A stretch of DNA of 64,000 nucleotides from a bacterium (GTDB lineage Archaea; Thermoplasmatota; E2; JACPAO01; JAHFTW01): contig JAZJZE010000017.1 in assembly GCA_040390065.1 (NCBI GenBank), forward strand, positions 1-64,000, read 5' to 3'. This document shows positions 46,766 to 55,712 of this stretch, piece by piece (position 1 is the stretch's first letter; every line of letters begins with the position of its first letter). Position numbers and translations under genes: made by a program. Below the pieces are notes generated by a model. That model saw nothing but the letters and a program-made list of their open reading frames with translations, did not search any database and was not told the origin of the DNA.

Positions 46766-46854
46766 TCAACCGAAGCAACAGAAGCAGCCGAACGACGGTC
46801 GGTCGGTTGCGTCGGTTGCGTCGGTTGGCAGGCCGGCGTCGTCGGGTCGGTTGA
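46766..46854. repeat. Family A palindromic element, empty copy
   Basis: TCAACCGAAGCAACAGAAGCAGCCGA (25/26 identical to the 22020 arm), then TCGGTTGCGTCGGTTGCGTCGGTTGG, plus an extra TCGGTTGA at 46847-46854. Confidence 0.88.
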
Positions 46855-47418
46855 TTAGCCCAATGGATCGCGCGGCAGACCGATGCGCCCCGCTGCCAGC
46901 GACAGCAGTACGGCCGCCGCAAGCCCAGCCGTCAGAACCGCCAATGCCAGCGGCGTTGCCCGCCCCGCCGCGAGCCAGCCCGCGGTGCCCACAACGAGCA
47001 ACACCGCAGCCCACCGCGCCGGCCGGATGGCTGCCTTGACGCGCAGCTCCACGGTCTTCCGTTCGTCGTCGTGTCGAGCCTCTGCCTTCTTCGCCGCGCG
47101 TTCCACGCCTTCAAGCCGCCTCACATCCGCGCGCAGGGCGGCAAGCTCCTGCTTCTCCGCCGCGCTCGTCTCGACGCGCTGCTCGGCGTTCTCGGTCCGC
47201 CGCCGCACCGTCTCCTTCCGGTCCGCCAACTCCTTGGCTTGCGCCCGCCGGTCCGCTTCCCATTCGGCCTTTTCCTGTTCCATGCGATCCATGCGGCGGG
47301 AGTGCTGCGCCTTGAGGTCGCGCATCTTGAGGTCGAACTCCCGTTCCAAGTCGCGGCGACGCGCAGCCAACTCGCGGTGTGCCGCCTCCGGCAAGTCCGA
47401 CTCGTCCTCGTCCCCCAT
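46855..47418 (-). CDS. Coiled-coil protein with C-terminal TM helices
   Basis: Long charged helical region and two hydrophobic segments. Confidence 0.65.
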   Translation of the reverse strand: MGDEDESDLPEAAHRELAARRRDLEREFDLKMRDLKAQHSRRMDRMEQEKAEWEADRRAQAKELADRKETVRRRTENAEQRVETSAAEKQELAALRADVRRLEGVERAAKKAEARHDDERKTVELRVKAAIRPARWAAVLLVVGTAGWLAAGRATPLALAVLTAGLAAAVLLSLAAGRIGLPRDPLG

Positions 47419-47539
47419 GCAGCCCAAGGAGCACGACCGGGGGCATAGCCCCATCGCGCGGCCCAGCCTCGGGAACGGCCATCCGCCGTACAAGGAAGCG
47501 GCACAAAGATTACCAGCACGAAGCCCATTCCTGCCCTCG

Positions 47540-49291
47540 ATGCAAAGGTATGGAACGGCGGCGGACGGCCTGCGGCGCCTCTACGCCGTGGGGGCCTTCC
47601 TTCTGCTGGCCATCCTCGTCGTGGCTGCGGCGTCCAACTGGCGCGGCGCCGAAGCGTTTGCCGATGCTTGCGTCACCGTCATGGCCATCGCCGTGGGTCT
47701 TGCCGGCCTTTGGCGGGGCCGAATCCTGGAGAGCCAGCGGCGCCTCGCCTGGAACCTCCTGAGTCTCGGCTGCCTGGCGTGGGGGCTTGGCAACGCCGTC
47801 TGGACCGCTGGCGTCCTCCTCGGCAAGCCTCCGGGGACGGTCAGCCTGGCCGACGCCGGATACTTGCCTCTCGTCCCGCTTGCCGCCACGGCGCTTCTCA
47901 CCATGGTCGTCGGCACGACGAACTTGGCATCGCGCCTGCGCATCGCCCTCGATGCCCTGCTGACATCGTGCTCCGTATTGTTCGTGGCGTACGCGGCGGG
48001 CCTTCGTCCCCTCGTCCAACACGTGACCGAGCAGCCCACGACAATCGGACGCGCCGTGGCCTTGGCGTATCCGGTCGGCGACCTGTTCCTCCTGGCCCTC
48101 CTGATCCTCGTCATGCCGCGCGTGCCTGCCGAGGTCCGCCGCACCCTGGCGTGGCTCGGCGTCGCCCTGCTTGCCGTCCTCGGCTCGCACCTCGGATACC
48201 TGGTCTTCGGCGCGGAGGCGGCAAGCCGGGCCGTGCTGTGGTCGGACGCCAGCCGGCTCCTCGGCTTCGTCATCGTCGGCTACGCCGCCATCCGGCCCAT
48301 CGAGGCCGCGCAGCCGCTGACACCGACCAAGCCCGGGCCCGTCGGGGCGCTCCTGCCACTTGCACCGTTTGCCATCTGCATGGTCGTGGCCATCCAGTTG
48401 GAACTGCGCGACGGCATCCTGGAGCCGTTCCTGTTCTGGAGCGCCATCATCGTCGTGTTGTCGCTGGCCGCCCGGCAGTCGTTCATGCTGAACGAGAACT
48501 ACGTGCTGCGGCAACAGGCGGACCACGCCTTGGACCTCCTGAGGCTGCAGGAGCGGCAGCGCACGCAGATGCTCAACAACATCACGCACGACATGCGGCA
48601 CCACCTCTCGCCGGCCGTCATGCACCTCGCCATGATCGATGCATGGTCCGACCCCGTCTCCGAGCGACAGAAGCGCAGCCTCGGCATCGTGCGCCGCAGC
48701 ACGGACCAAGTGACGCGCCTTGCCTCCGACCTGAGCGACGCCGCCAGCCTGGAAGCCGGCCGCTTCGCCGTCCAACTGGCGCCCACGGACCTGGCCCGCG
48801 TCGTCCGCGACGCGACGGAGTCACTGCAAGGCATGGCCCTGGAACGCTCCGTTGCGCTGGACGTCGACGCGGCCGCCGAGGTTCCCGTGGCCGGTGACCA
48901 CGACCGCCTCGTCCAAGTCGTCTTCAACCTAGTCTCGAACGCCATCCGGTTCACGCCTGCCGGGAAGCGGGTGCAGGTGCGGGCCTTGCGCGACGGCGGC
49001 CGCGCCCGCGTCATGGTACGTGACGAGGGCCGTGGCCTCGAGGCGCAAGAGATGGCGCGCTTGTTCTCGGCGTTCACCCAGGTACACGCCAAAGCTGGGC
49101 GTAAGGAACCCGGCATGGGACTCGGCCTGTTCATCAGCCGCGGCATCGTCGAGCAGCACCAGGGCACGATCGGTGTGACCTCCGATGGGCTGGGGCTCGG
49201 CTCCACGTTCCAGTTCGAGATGCCTGCCGCGCCGTCGCCCGAACGGCCGACGACGGATTCCGCCGTCGCACGCTTGTCCCAAAAAGTTTGA
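47540..49291 (+). CDS. Membrane sensor histidine kinase
   Basis: Multi-TM N-terminus; H-box ITHDMRHHL, N-box NLVSNAIRF, DEGRG, GMGLGLFIS, GLGSTF. Confidence 0.92.
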   Translation: MQRYGTAADGLRRLYAVGAFLLLAILVVAAASNWRGAEAFADACVTVMAIAVGLAGLWRGRILESQRRLAWNLLSLGCLAWGLGNAVWTAGVLLGKPPGTVSLADAGYLPLVPLAATALLTMVVGTTNLASRLRIALDALLTSCSVLFVAYAAGLRPLVQHVTEQPTTIGRAVALAYPVGDLFLLALLILVMPRVPAEVRRTLAWLGVALLAVLGSHLGYLVFGAEAASRAVLWSDASRLLGFVIVGYAAIRPIEAAQPLTPTKPGPVGALLPLAPFAICMVVAIQLELRDGILEPFLFWSAIIVVLSLAARQSFMLNENYVLRQQADHALDLLRLQERQRTQMLNNITHDMRHHLSPAVMHLAMIDAWSDPVSERQKRSLGIVRRSTDQVTRLASDLSDAASLEAGRFAVQLAPTDLARVVRDATESLQGMALERSVALDVDAAAEVPVAGDHDRLVQVVFNLVSNAIRFTPAGKRVQVRALRDGGRARVMVRDEGRGLEAQEMARLFSAFTQVHAKAGRKEPGMGLGLFISRGIVEQHQGTIGVTSDGLGLGSTFQFEMPAAPSPERPTTDSAVARLSQKV

Positions 49292-49317
49292 CAGGCTTTA
49301 CGACGGACTGAAAGGCC

Positions 49318-49842
49318 ATGCACACGAAACTCGTCGTGGGCGCGGCCCTGTCCGTGCTCACCATGGTGCTTGCCGGTTGCACGGGACAGTTCACCGTGCA
49401 CCAGACCGAACCCCTGCGCATCCAGTTGGAGGGCGGCGCATCGCGGGACCTGCGGGTCGCCCCGGGTGACTCTGAACCCCAGAAGGTGGAAGTCGAGAAC
49501 ACCAAGAACGCCGAAACGATCAACGTCGAGGTGCATGTCACGCAAGTGGACGACGGGGCGTGCACGGTTCACGTCGTCGTCCAGGACAAGGACACGGGTG
49601 AGGAGCTCGAGTCCCGTGACATCAACGTCAACGTGAACATGACGACCACGACGACGACCACCACCACAACGACGACGGCAGGCTCTGGCCAGACCGTCGT
49701 GCAGAATTTCTTCGTGAACGCAAAGGGCCACAGCCTCGTCGTCATCACGAACGCAATCCAAGGGACGGCGGACGTCAACGTCGCGGCCCAGTCCAAGGAT
49801 GTCTCGCAAGGCGGCAACACCTCGACGACCTCTGCGTATTGA
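49318..49842 (+). CDS. Hypothetical lipoprotein with poly-Thr linker
   Basis: MVLAGC lipobox; run of 12 Thr. Confidence 0.75.
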   Translation: MHTKLVVGAALSVLTMVLAGCTGQFTVHQTEPLRIQLEGGASRDLRVAPGDSEPQKVEVENTKNAETINVEVHVTQVDDGACTVHVVVQDKDTGEELESRDINVNVNMTTTTTTTTTTTTAGSGQTVVQNFFVNAKGHSLVVITNAIQGTADVNVAAQSKDVSQGGNTSTTSAY

Positions 49843-49993
49843 GCCCCTTTTCCTCTTCCTTCTCCCCCTTTCCGTCATACGGGATGGACCGTCACGGCCG
49901 CGCCCGCGGCGCACCCCTTAAATGAGAGCCCCAAGTCCCGCGTTCCAGGGGCAGTCTCATCCGCCCAGTTGAAGGCCGCCCCTTTGGTGAGCC

Positions 49994-50827
49994 ATGCCCG
50001 TTGTGCCCGTGAAGTCTCTCGGCCGACCCCTGCACGTCGCCGTCGCCATGAAGATGACGCCGGATGCGACCGACCTCACCATCGACCCGGTCAAGAAAAC
50101 GCTTGACCGCAGCAAGGTCAAGAACATCATCAACCCGCCCGACGAGAACGCGTTCGAACTGGCGTTGCAGTTCAAGGACCGGTACGGCGCCCAAGTGTCC
50201 GTCCTGACCATGGGCCCGCCCTTCTTCGACGTCATGCTCCGCGAATGCGTCGCGCGCGGCGCCGACCGCGGCGTCCTCATCACGGACCGTGCATTTGCCG
50301 GCGCAGATACCTGGCCGACATCCATGACCATCGCGGCCGGCGTGAAGAAGATCAGCCGGACGTGGGGCGACGTCGACATCATCCTCTTTGGCGAAGAGAC
50401 GACGGATGCGTCGACCGGACAGGTCGGGCCTGGTGTTGCGGGCCAGCTTGGCGTCGAGCAGGCCACGTACATCCACAGCCTCGACTGGGACCCGGTTGCG
50501 GAGCGCCTCACGGCCACACGCTCCATCGGCGGCGGCCACGAGGTCCTGCGGATGCCGTTGCCCGCAGCCGTGACGTGCGAGCTCAAGATGAACCGACCGC
50601 GTCTCGCAAGCCTCGCGGGCAAACTGCGCGGCGCGTCCACGCAACTCGTCGTCTGGAGCCTTGCAGATCTTGCCGACATCAAGGACCCGTCCTGGGTCGG
50701 CCTCAAGGGCAGCCCCACCATCGTCGGCAAGGTCGACATCTCCGCCGGCTTCGACCGCCACGTGAAGAAGTTGCCAGACGCCAAGGCCGCCGTCGACGAA
50801 CTCTTCGCGAAAGGGGCGGTGGCCTGA
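49994..50827 (+). CDS. etfB: Electron transfer flavoprotein beta subunit
   Basis: INPPDENAFELAL, TMGPP, DRAFAGADT, STGQVGP, GLKGSPT. Confidence 0.95.
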   Translation: MPVVPVKSLGRPLHVAVAMKMTPDATDLTIDPVKKTLDRSKVKNIINPPDENAFELALQFKDRYGAQVSVLTMGPPFFDVMLRECVARGADRGVLITDRAFAGADTWPTSMTIAAGVKKISRTWGDVDIILFGEETTDASTGQVGPGVAGQLGVEQATYIHSLDWDPVAERLTATRSIGGGHEVLRMPLPAAVTCELKMNRPRLASLAGKLRGASTQLVVWSLADLADIKDPSWVGLKGSPTIVGKVDISAGFDRHVKKLPDAKAAVDELFAKGAVA

Positions 50828-52551
50828 TGGCCGACGTGAATCCCACGGTCGAGGCCCGCCGCACAGGCCGCGGCAGCCGCTACGACGCCGTGACCTTCCG
50901 CGCCTGCGAACCCTGCAAGGACTTTGCCCAATGGAAGGGCGTCTGGGTCATCGCCGAACACCGCGACGGCAAACTGCGCGACGTGACGCGCGAACTCCTG
51001 GGCGCCGCGAAGCCCATGGCGGACAAGCTCAACCAGAAGATCACGGCCGTCATCCTTGGCCACGACGTGGGCGCCATGCCGCAGGAACTCGTCGCCGCCG
51101 GCGCCGACCAAGTGCTCGTCTGCGACCACGCGATCCTGAAGACGCCGCTCGCCCGGCCGAGCACCGACGTCCTCAACAAGCTCATCGAGGAGCGCAAGCC
51201 CAACGTCGTCCTCATCGGCGCCACGCACACGGGCCGCGACATCAGTTCGCGTGTTGCCGCCACCATCGACGCCGGCATGACGGCGGACTGCACGGAACTC
51301 GACGTCGATGCCGCGAACGGCGAACTCCTGGCACGCCGCCCGGCGTTTGGCGGCAAGATGCTGGCAACCATCCGCTGTGACCGCCACCGGCCGCAGATGG
51401 CGACGGCGCGTCCGGGCATCTTCAAGCCGTTGGCCGCCGACGCCAAACGCAAGGGCTCCATCGAACAAGTCGACGTTGCGTGGCTGTCGCAGCGCACGTA
51501 CGCCGCGCAACTCGTCGACTACGTCATCGACACGGCCTTCGACATCACGAAGGAGGACATCCTCGTCGCGGGCGGCATGGGCATCGGCGGACCCGAAGGC
51601 TTTGCCAAACTCGAGGAACTAGCGCTTGCCCTCGGCGGCCAAGTCGCTTGCTCTCGCCCTGTTGCGGACAAGGGCTGGCAGCCGCGCACACGGCAAGTCG
51701 GCCAGACCGGCGTCTCCGTGCGGCCGAAACTGTACATCGCCGTCGGCATCTCCGGCGCCATCCAGCACATCGAGGGCATGAAGGAATCCGGTACGATCAT
51801 CGCCATCAACGCCGACCCCAACGCGGCCATCTTCGCCTACGCCGACATCGGCATCGTGGGCGACTGGAAGGGCCACGTCGACGCCCTCATCGTGGAGGCC
51901 AAGAAGCGCAATCTGGCCAAGGCGAAGTGGATGGTGCCGACGAAGGACACGCTCGACGCCGACCGGCAAGCAGCGGCCGAACGCGCGGCGAAAGCCAAGG
52001 CACCCGCGACGCCACCCGTGACCGCGCAACCGCCGATGCCGCCGAGCCCGGCGACCAAAGTCGAACCCAAGCACGAGTCGCCGAAGGATTCGCGGCCGCC
52101 CCGCCCGACCTCGGAGCAGAAGGCCCCCGCGACGGCCGAAGCAAGCCCTGCGGCCAAGGCGGCTGTTGCGGAGCCGAAGCCCGCCGCGCAGGCCACGGTG
52201 CAAGTCGCTGCACCAGGCGCCACTGCCGCGTTCCCCGCCAAGTTCGCGGGCAACGCCAAGGACGTCGCGGCCGTCAAGGTCTACGCCAAAACCGTCCCCG
52301 AGGACCAGAAGGCCTGGGTCGTCGCCGCCGACTGCATCGTCTGCAACGGCTGCCAAGCCGCCTGCCCGACGGACGCCGCCATCGTCACGGACATGGCGCG
52401 CGTCGACCGCGACCTCTGCATCGCCGACGGCGCCTGCTTCGACGCCTGCCCAACGGACGCCATCCGGCCGGGCCTCGAGGAGAAAGCCAAGAGCGGGGGC
52501 TGGCCGAAGGGATCGCGCCTGGCGGGGCAGTTCGGGACGCCGGAAGCGTAG
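50827..52551 (+). CDS. etfA: Electron transfer flavoprotein alpha subunit with C-terminal ferredoxin domain
   Basis: GMTADCT, RPAFGG, RPQMATARPG, QVGQTG..VRPKLYIAVGISGAIQH; Pro/Ala linker; CIVCNGCQAACP and CIADGACFDACP. Confidence 0.95.
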   Translation: MADVNPTVEARRTGRGSRYDAVTFRACEPCKDFAQWKGVWVIAEHRDGKLRDVTRELLGAAKPMADKLNQKITAVILGHDVGAMPQELVAAGADQVLVCDHAILKTPLARPSTDVLNKLIEERKPNVVLIGATHTGRDISSRVAATIDAGMTADCTELDVDAANGELLARRPAFGGKMLATIRCDRHRPQMATARPGIFKPLAADAKRKGSIEQVDVAWLSQRTYAAQLVDYVIDTAFDITKEDILVAGGMGIGGPEGFAKLEELALALGGQVACSRPVADKGWQPRTRQVGQTGVSVRPKLYIAVGISGAIQHIEGMKESGTIIAINADPNAAIFAYADIGIVGDWKGHVDALIVEAKKRNLAKAKWMVPTKDTLDADRQAAAERAAKAKAPATPPVTAQPPMPPSPATKVEPKHESPKDSRPPRPTSEQKAPATAEASPAAKAAVAEPKPAAQATVQVAAPGATAAFPAKFAGNAKDVAAVKVYAKTVPEDQKAWVVAADCIVCNGCQAACPTDAAIVTDMARVDRDLCIADGACFDACPTDAIRPGLEEKAKSGGWPKGSRLAGQFGTPEA

Positions 52552-52596
52552 TCGGCCACGCGTGAGCCTTAAGGGGCCCACGGCAAGTCCCCCAGC

Positions 52597-53178
52597 GTGG
52601 TTGTTCCCGCCCGGACCGACGCCCCCGCCCGCGGCCCCGCCGCCGTTCGCCCGATGGTCCCCTTGCCCACCCAGCCCGAGCCCGGACTGAAGGGCATCTG
52701 GCTCGTCACCGGCCTCCTGGGCTTGCTGCCGTTGGTCGCCTTCTTCGCCATCCCGGCCATCTTCTTCATGGTCGCCACGCAACACGAGGGCGCCCCTCCG
52801 TTCGCCTTCTTCCTGCTGCCCGTCGTCTTCATGGCCATTCCGCTCATCGGTCTCATCGCCTCCATCGTCGTCCGGCAGGCGGGCTTCAAGCACTACTCGT
52901 TCGACATCGGCCCCGACCACGTCACGGTCCGCCGCGGGATCATCATGAAACGCGAGGAGCACATCCCCTATGCACGCATCCAGGACGTCGTCGTCCAGCA
53001 AGGATGGCTCCTGCGCCGGCAAGGCCTGTTCACGCTGCAGCTGGACACGGCCGCCATGAACGTGGGCCGCTCGGGGAATGGCGCGAACCGCATGAACCGC
53101 ATCGAGGGCATCCGCAACGGCCGGGAGATTTCGGACTACATCCTCGCACTGGCCCGCAGGACGCACCAGCCCGTCTGA
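52597..53178 (+). CDS. Bacterial-PH domain (YdbS/DUF304-like) membrane protein
   Basis: 2 TM helices then VRRGII..REEHIPYARIQDVVVQQG.L.R..GL.TL.LDTA. Confidence 0.85.
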   Translation: MVVPARTDAPARGPAAVRPMVPLPTQPEPGLKGIWLVTGLLGLLPLVAFFAIPAIFFMVATQHEGAPPFAFFLLPVVFMAIPLIGLIASIVVRQAGFKHYSFDIGPDHVTVRRGIIMKREEHIPYARIQDVVVQQGWLLRRQGLFTLQLDTAAMNVGRSGNGANRMNRIEGIRNGREISDYILALARRTHQPV

Positions 53179-53213
53179 CGAACCTTCAAGGGCCCGGCCC
53201 ACGTCGCAGCCGC

Positions 53214-54260
53214 GTGCGCACCGATGGGGGCCGCTATGTCCGCCAAATCGCCGCCCTTGGCCGCGACGGCCATCGCCGCATCCGCGACGCCAAGGTCCTC
53301 GTCGTCGGCCTCGGCGGACTCGGTTGCCCGGCGGCGTCGTATCTCGCCGGCGCCGGCGTCGGCACGATCGGCCTCTGCGACTCCGACCGCATCGAGCTCT
53401 CCAACCTGCACCGCCAACCGCTCTACACGACCGCTGACGTCGGGCGCGCCAAGGTCGAGGTGGCACTCGAACGGCTTGAGGCGATGAACCCCGATTGCGT
53501 GCTGCTGGCCATTCCGGAGCGCGCCTCGGAGGCGAACGCGGCTGGCCTGGTGCGCGGCTGGGATGTCGTCCTCGACTGCACGGACTCCGTGGACGCCCGG
53601 TACGCGCTCTCCGATGCGTGCGCCGCGCAGCGCATCCCCCTCGTGCAGGCCGGCATCGGCGCCGGCGAATCGGAGATCGCGATCCTGTGCGGCGCAGACG
53701 GGCCGTGCTACCGGTGCCTGCACCCGGCGGCCGAGGCCGCCCCGACATGCGCGGAGGAAGGCATCGTTGGCCCCGTCGCAGGCGCTGCCGGCTCCCTCCA
53801 GGCGCTCTGGACGCTACAAGTCATCACGGGCGCGGCCAGTCCAGGCCGCCTCTGTTTGCTGGACCAACGGGGGGCCGCCACAACCGTCGCCCTTACGAGG
53901 CGGGCCGGCTGCAAAGCCCATGTGAACGAGGACGGGCCGGCCTGCCCGATGCCGTGGAATGCGCCCAAGGGCGTCGACATCACCGTGCAGGATTTCGCCG
54001 CTCACCGCGACGACTTCTTCCTCCTCGACGTGCGCGAGGTCGACGAGAACGAGGAGATGGCCATCGCGGGTGGCACGCTCATCCCGCTTGGCGACCTGCC
54101 GCGCCGTCTCACGGAACTGCCGAAGGACCGGGCCATCGTCGTGTACTGCGCCGTCGGTGGCCGGTCAGGCCGGGCTGCCTCCCTTCTGCGCGACCGCGGC
54201 TTCAACGCAATGAACCTGCGTGGCGGCATCCGGGCCTGGATGATGGCGGGTTTGGCGTAG
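53214..54260 (+). CDS. MoeB/ThiF E1-like adenylyltransferase with C-terminal rhodanese
   Basis: RYVRQI, VVGLGGLG, SNLHRQ, DCTD, PCYRCL, TCAEEGIVG; rhodanese LLDVRE..VYCAVGGRS..LRGGI. Confidence 0.93.
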   Translation: MRTDGGRYVRQIAALGRDGHRRIRDAKVLVVGLGGLGCPAASYLAGAGVGTIGLCDSDRIELSNLHRQPLYTTADVGRAKVEVALERLEAMNPDCVLLAIPERASEANAAGLVRGWDVVLDCTDSVDARYALSDACAAQRIPLVQAGIGAGESEIAILCGADGPCYRCLHPAAEAAPTCAEEGIVGPVAGAAGSLQALWTLQVITGAASPGRLCLLDQRGAATTVALTRRAGCKAHVNEDGPACPMPWNAPKGVDITVQDFAAHRDDFFLLDVREVDENEEMAIAGGTLIPLGDLPRRLTELPKDRAIVVYCAVGGRSGRAASLLRDRGFNAMNLRGGIRAWMMAGLA

Positions 54261-54262
54261 CC

Positions 54263-54505
54263 TCAGAACTGCCGCTTGCCGTCGTTGGCGTTTGCGCCCC
54301 ACAACCGGTCGGCGACTGCCAGGAGTGTGCGGATGTCGTTCGGGTCCGTGGCACAGATGACGAGGCCATCGTCGCGCTGCACCGCGCCGAAGTTGCGCAC
54401 CCACCGCAGGCGTGTGCGGCCACCGTTCTCTTTCGTGTACGTCCTCAGGTCCGTGAGGGTGGCTGCAGGATTGTCGACGAGGCGGTCGAGCGTGGGCGGC
54501 TGCAC
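54263..54505 (-). CDS. Hypothetical protein
   Basis: 80-aa ORF with normal composition; TTAAG box about 25 nt upstream. Confidence 0.5.
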   Translation of the reverse strand: MQPPTLDRLVDNPAATLTDLRTYTKENGGRTRLRWVRNFGAVQRDDGLVICATDPNDIRTLLAVADRLWGANANDGKRQF

Positions 54506-54608
54506 GCAGGTGCCGTGGATTTCGGGGGTCTTAACATCATCGCGCGTGGGCTGTCTCGCCCGGGCGGGGCGGCATCTCCTTGCCGTACCGGTTGGTCGTG
54601 CCGCGTCA

Positions 54609-54634
54609 TCTGTTGCATCGGTTGCATCTGTTGA
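54609..54634. repeat. Family A solo arm
   Basis: TCTGTTGCA TCGGTTGCA TCTGTTGA. Confidence 0.82.
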
Positions 54635-54695
54635 CCCGTCGTGGTGGGTCCGTTGCGGCGTCGCCGTTTTCTATCCCACGCCCGTCGCCGTCGCC

Positions 54696-55658
54696 ATGAC
54701 CGAAAACGTCCCGCAGCCCATCCCCATGGTCGGACCCGGCGCGCCCATGCAGCAAGGCGGCCCCGTCGATCCCCGCGCGGCGGAGCGCCTCAAGCGTCGC
54801 CTGCGTATCATCAACAACATGAAGCGCATCAAGCACAAGTTCATCGTCGCCTCGGGCAAGGGCGGTGTGGGCAAGTCCACGGTCGCCACGAACCTGGCGG
54901 CTGCACTCGCGGCGGCCGGGCACAAGGTCGGCATCCTCGACATGGACCTCACCGGGCCCAACGTGCCGCTCATGCTTGGCATCCACGGCGGCGAAATGCA
55001 GGAGAACGAGCACGGCCTCACGCCGGTACAAGTGACCGACAAGTTGTCGTGCGTCTCCATGCAGTTCCTGCTCAAGGACCCGGACCAGGCCGTCATCTGG
55101 CGCGGGCCGATCAAGATGCAGATCATCGGACAGTTCCTGGGCGACGTCAATTGGGGCGACCTCGACTACCTCGTCATCGACTTGCCGCCCGGCACTTCCG
55201 ACGAACCGCTGTCGGTGGCACAGAACATCCCGGAGGCCGACGGCGTCATCCTCGTCACGACCCCCCAAGAGGTTGCCGTGGGGGACGTGCGCAAGTCGGC
55301 GCAGTTCGTGCAGAAGCTCGAGTTGCCCATCCTCGGCGTCATCGAGAACATGAGCGGTCTGACGCTGAAGGGCGAGACGGCGCCCAATGCGACGGTCACC
55401 ATCGACACGGGGCATGACCGGCATCGCGCGCACGCCGACGCGAAGGGGGAATTCACCGTCGTCGTGGATGTCTTCAAGCGCGGCGGCGGCAAGGCGATGG
55501 CCGAGAAGCTCGGCGTCCCGTTTTTGGGTGCCGTGCCGATGGACCTCAACGTGATGCATGGCGGCGACGAGGGGAAGCCGTTCGCACTCGCGACGCTGGA
55601 TTCACCGAGCAAGGCAGCGTTCCGCAGCATCGTTGCCAAGTTGACCGCCCACCCCTGA
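54696..55658 (+). CDS. Mrp/NBP35 family ATPase (Fe-S carrier family)
   Basis: SGKGGVGKSTV, DLTGPN, IWRGP, WGDLDYLVIDLPPGTSD, VTTPQ, GVIENMS. Confidence 0.94.
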   Translation: MTENVPQPIPMVGPGAPMQQGGPVDPRAAERLKRRLRIINNMKRIKHKFIVASGKGGVGKSTVATNLAAALAAAGHKVGILDMDLTGPNVPLMLGIHGGEMQENEHGLTPVQVTDKLSCVSMQFLLKDPDQAVIWRGPIKMQIIGQFLGDVNWGDLDYLVIDLPPGTSDEPLSVAQNIPEADGVILVTTPQEVAVGDVRKSAQFVQKLELPILGVIENMSGLTLKGETAPNATVTIDTGHDRHRAHADAKGEFTVVVDVFKRGGGKAMAEKLGVPFLGAVPMDLNVMHGGDEGKPFALATLDSPSKAAFRSIVAKLTAHP

Positions 55659-55712
55659 GGGTCGCCTGCGTCCGCCGTGGGGCTTATCAACCGCCGCGGC
55701 AACTGCCCGCCA

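Noticed and set aside
49642-49677. ACS trinucleotide run (also about 55794-55826)
   Set aside because: Encodes ordinary poly-Thr linkers in lipoproteins using mixed codons; not a contingency repeat.
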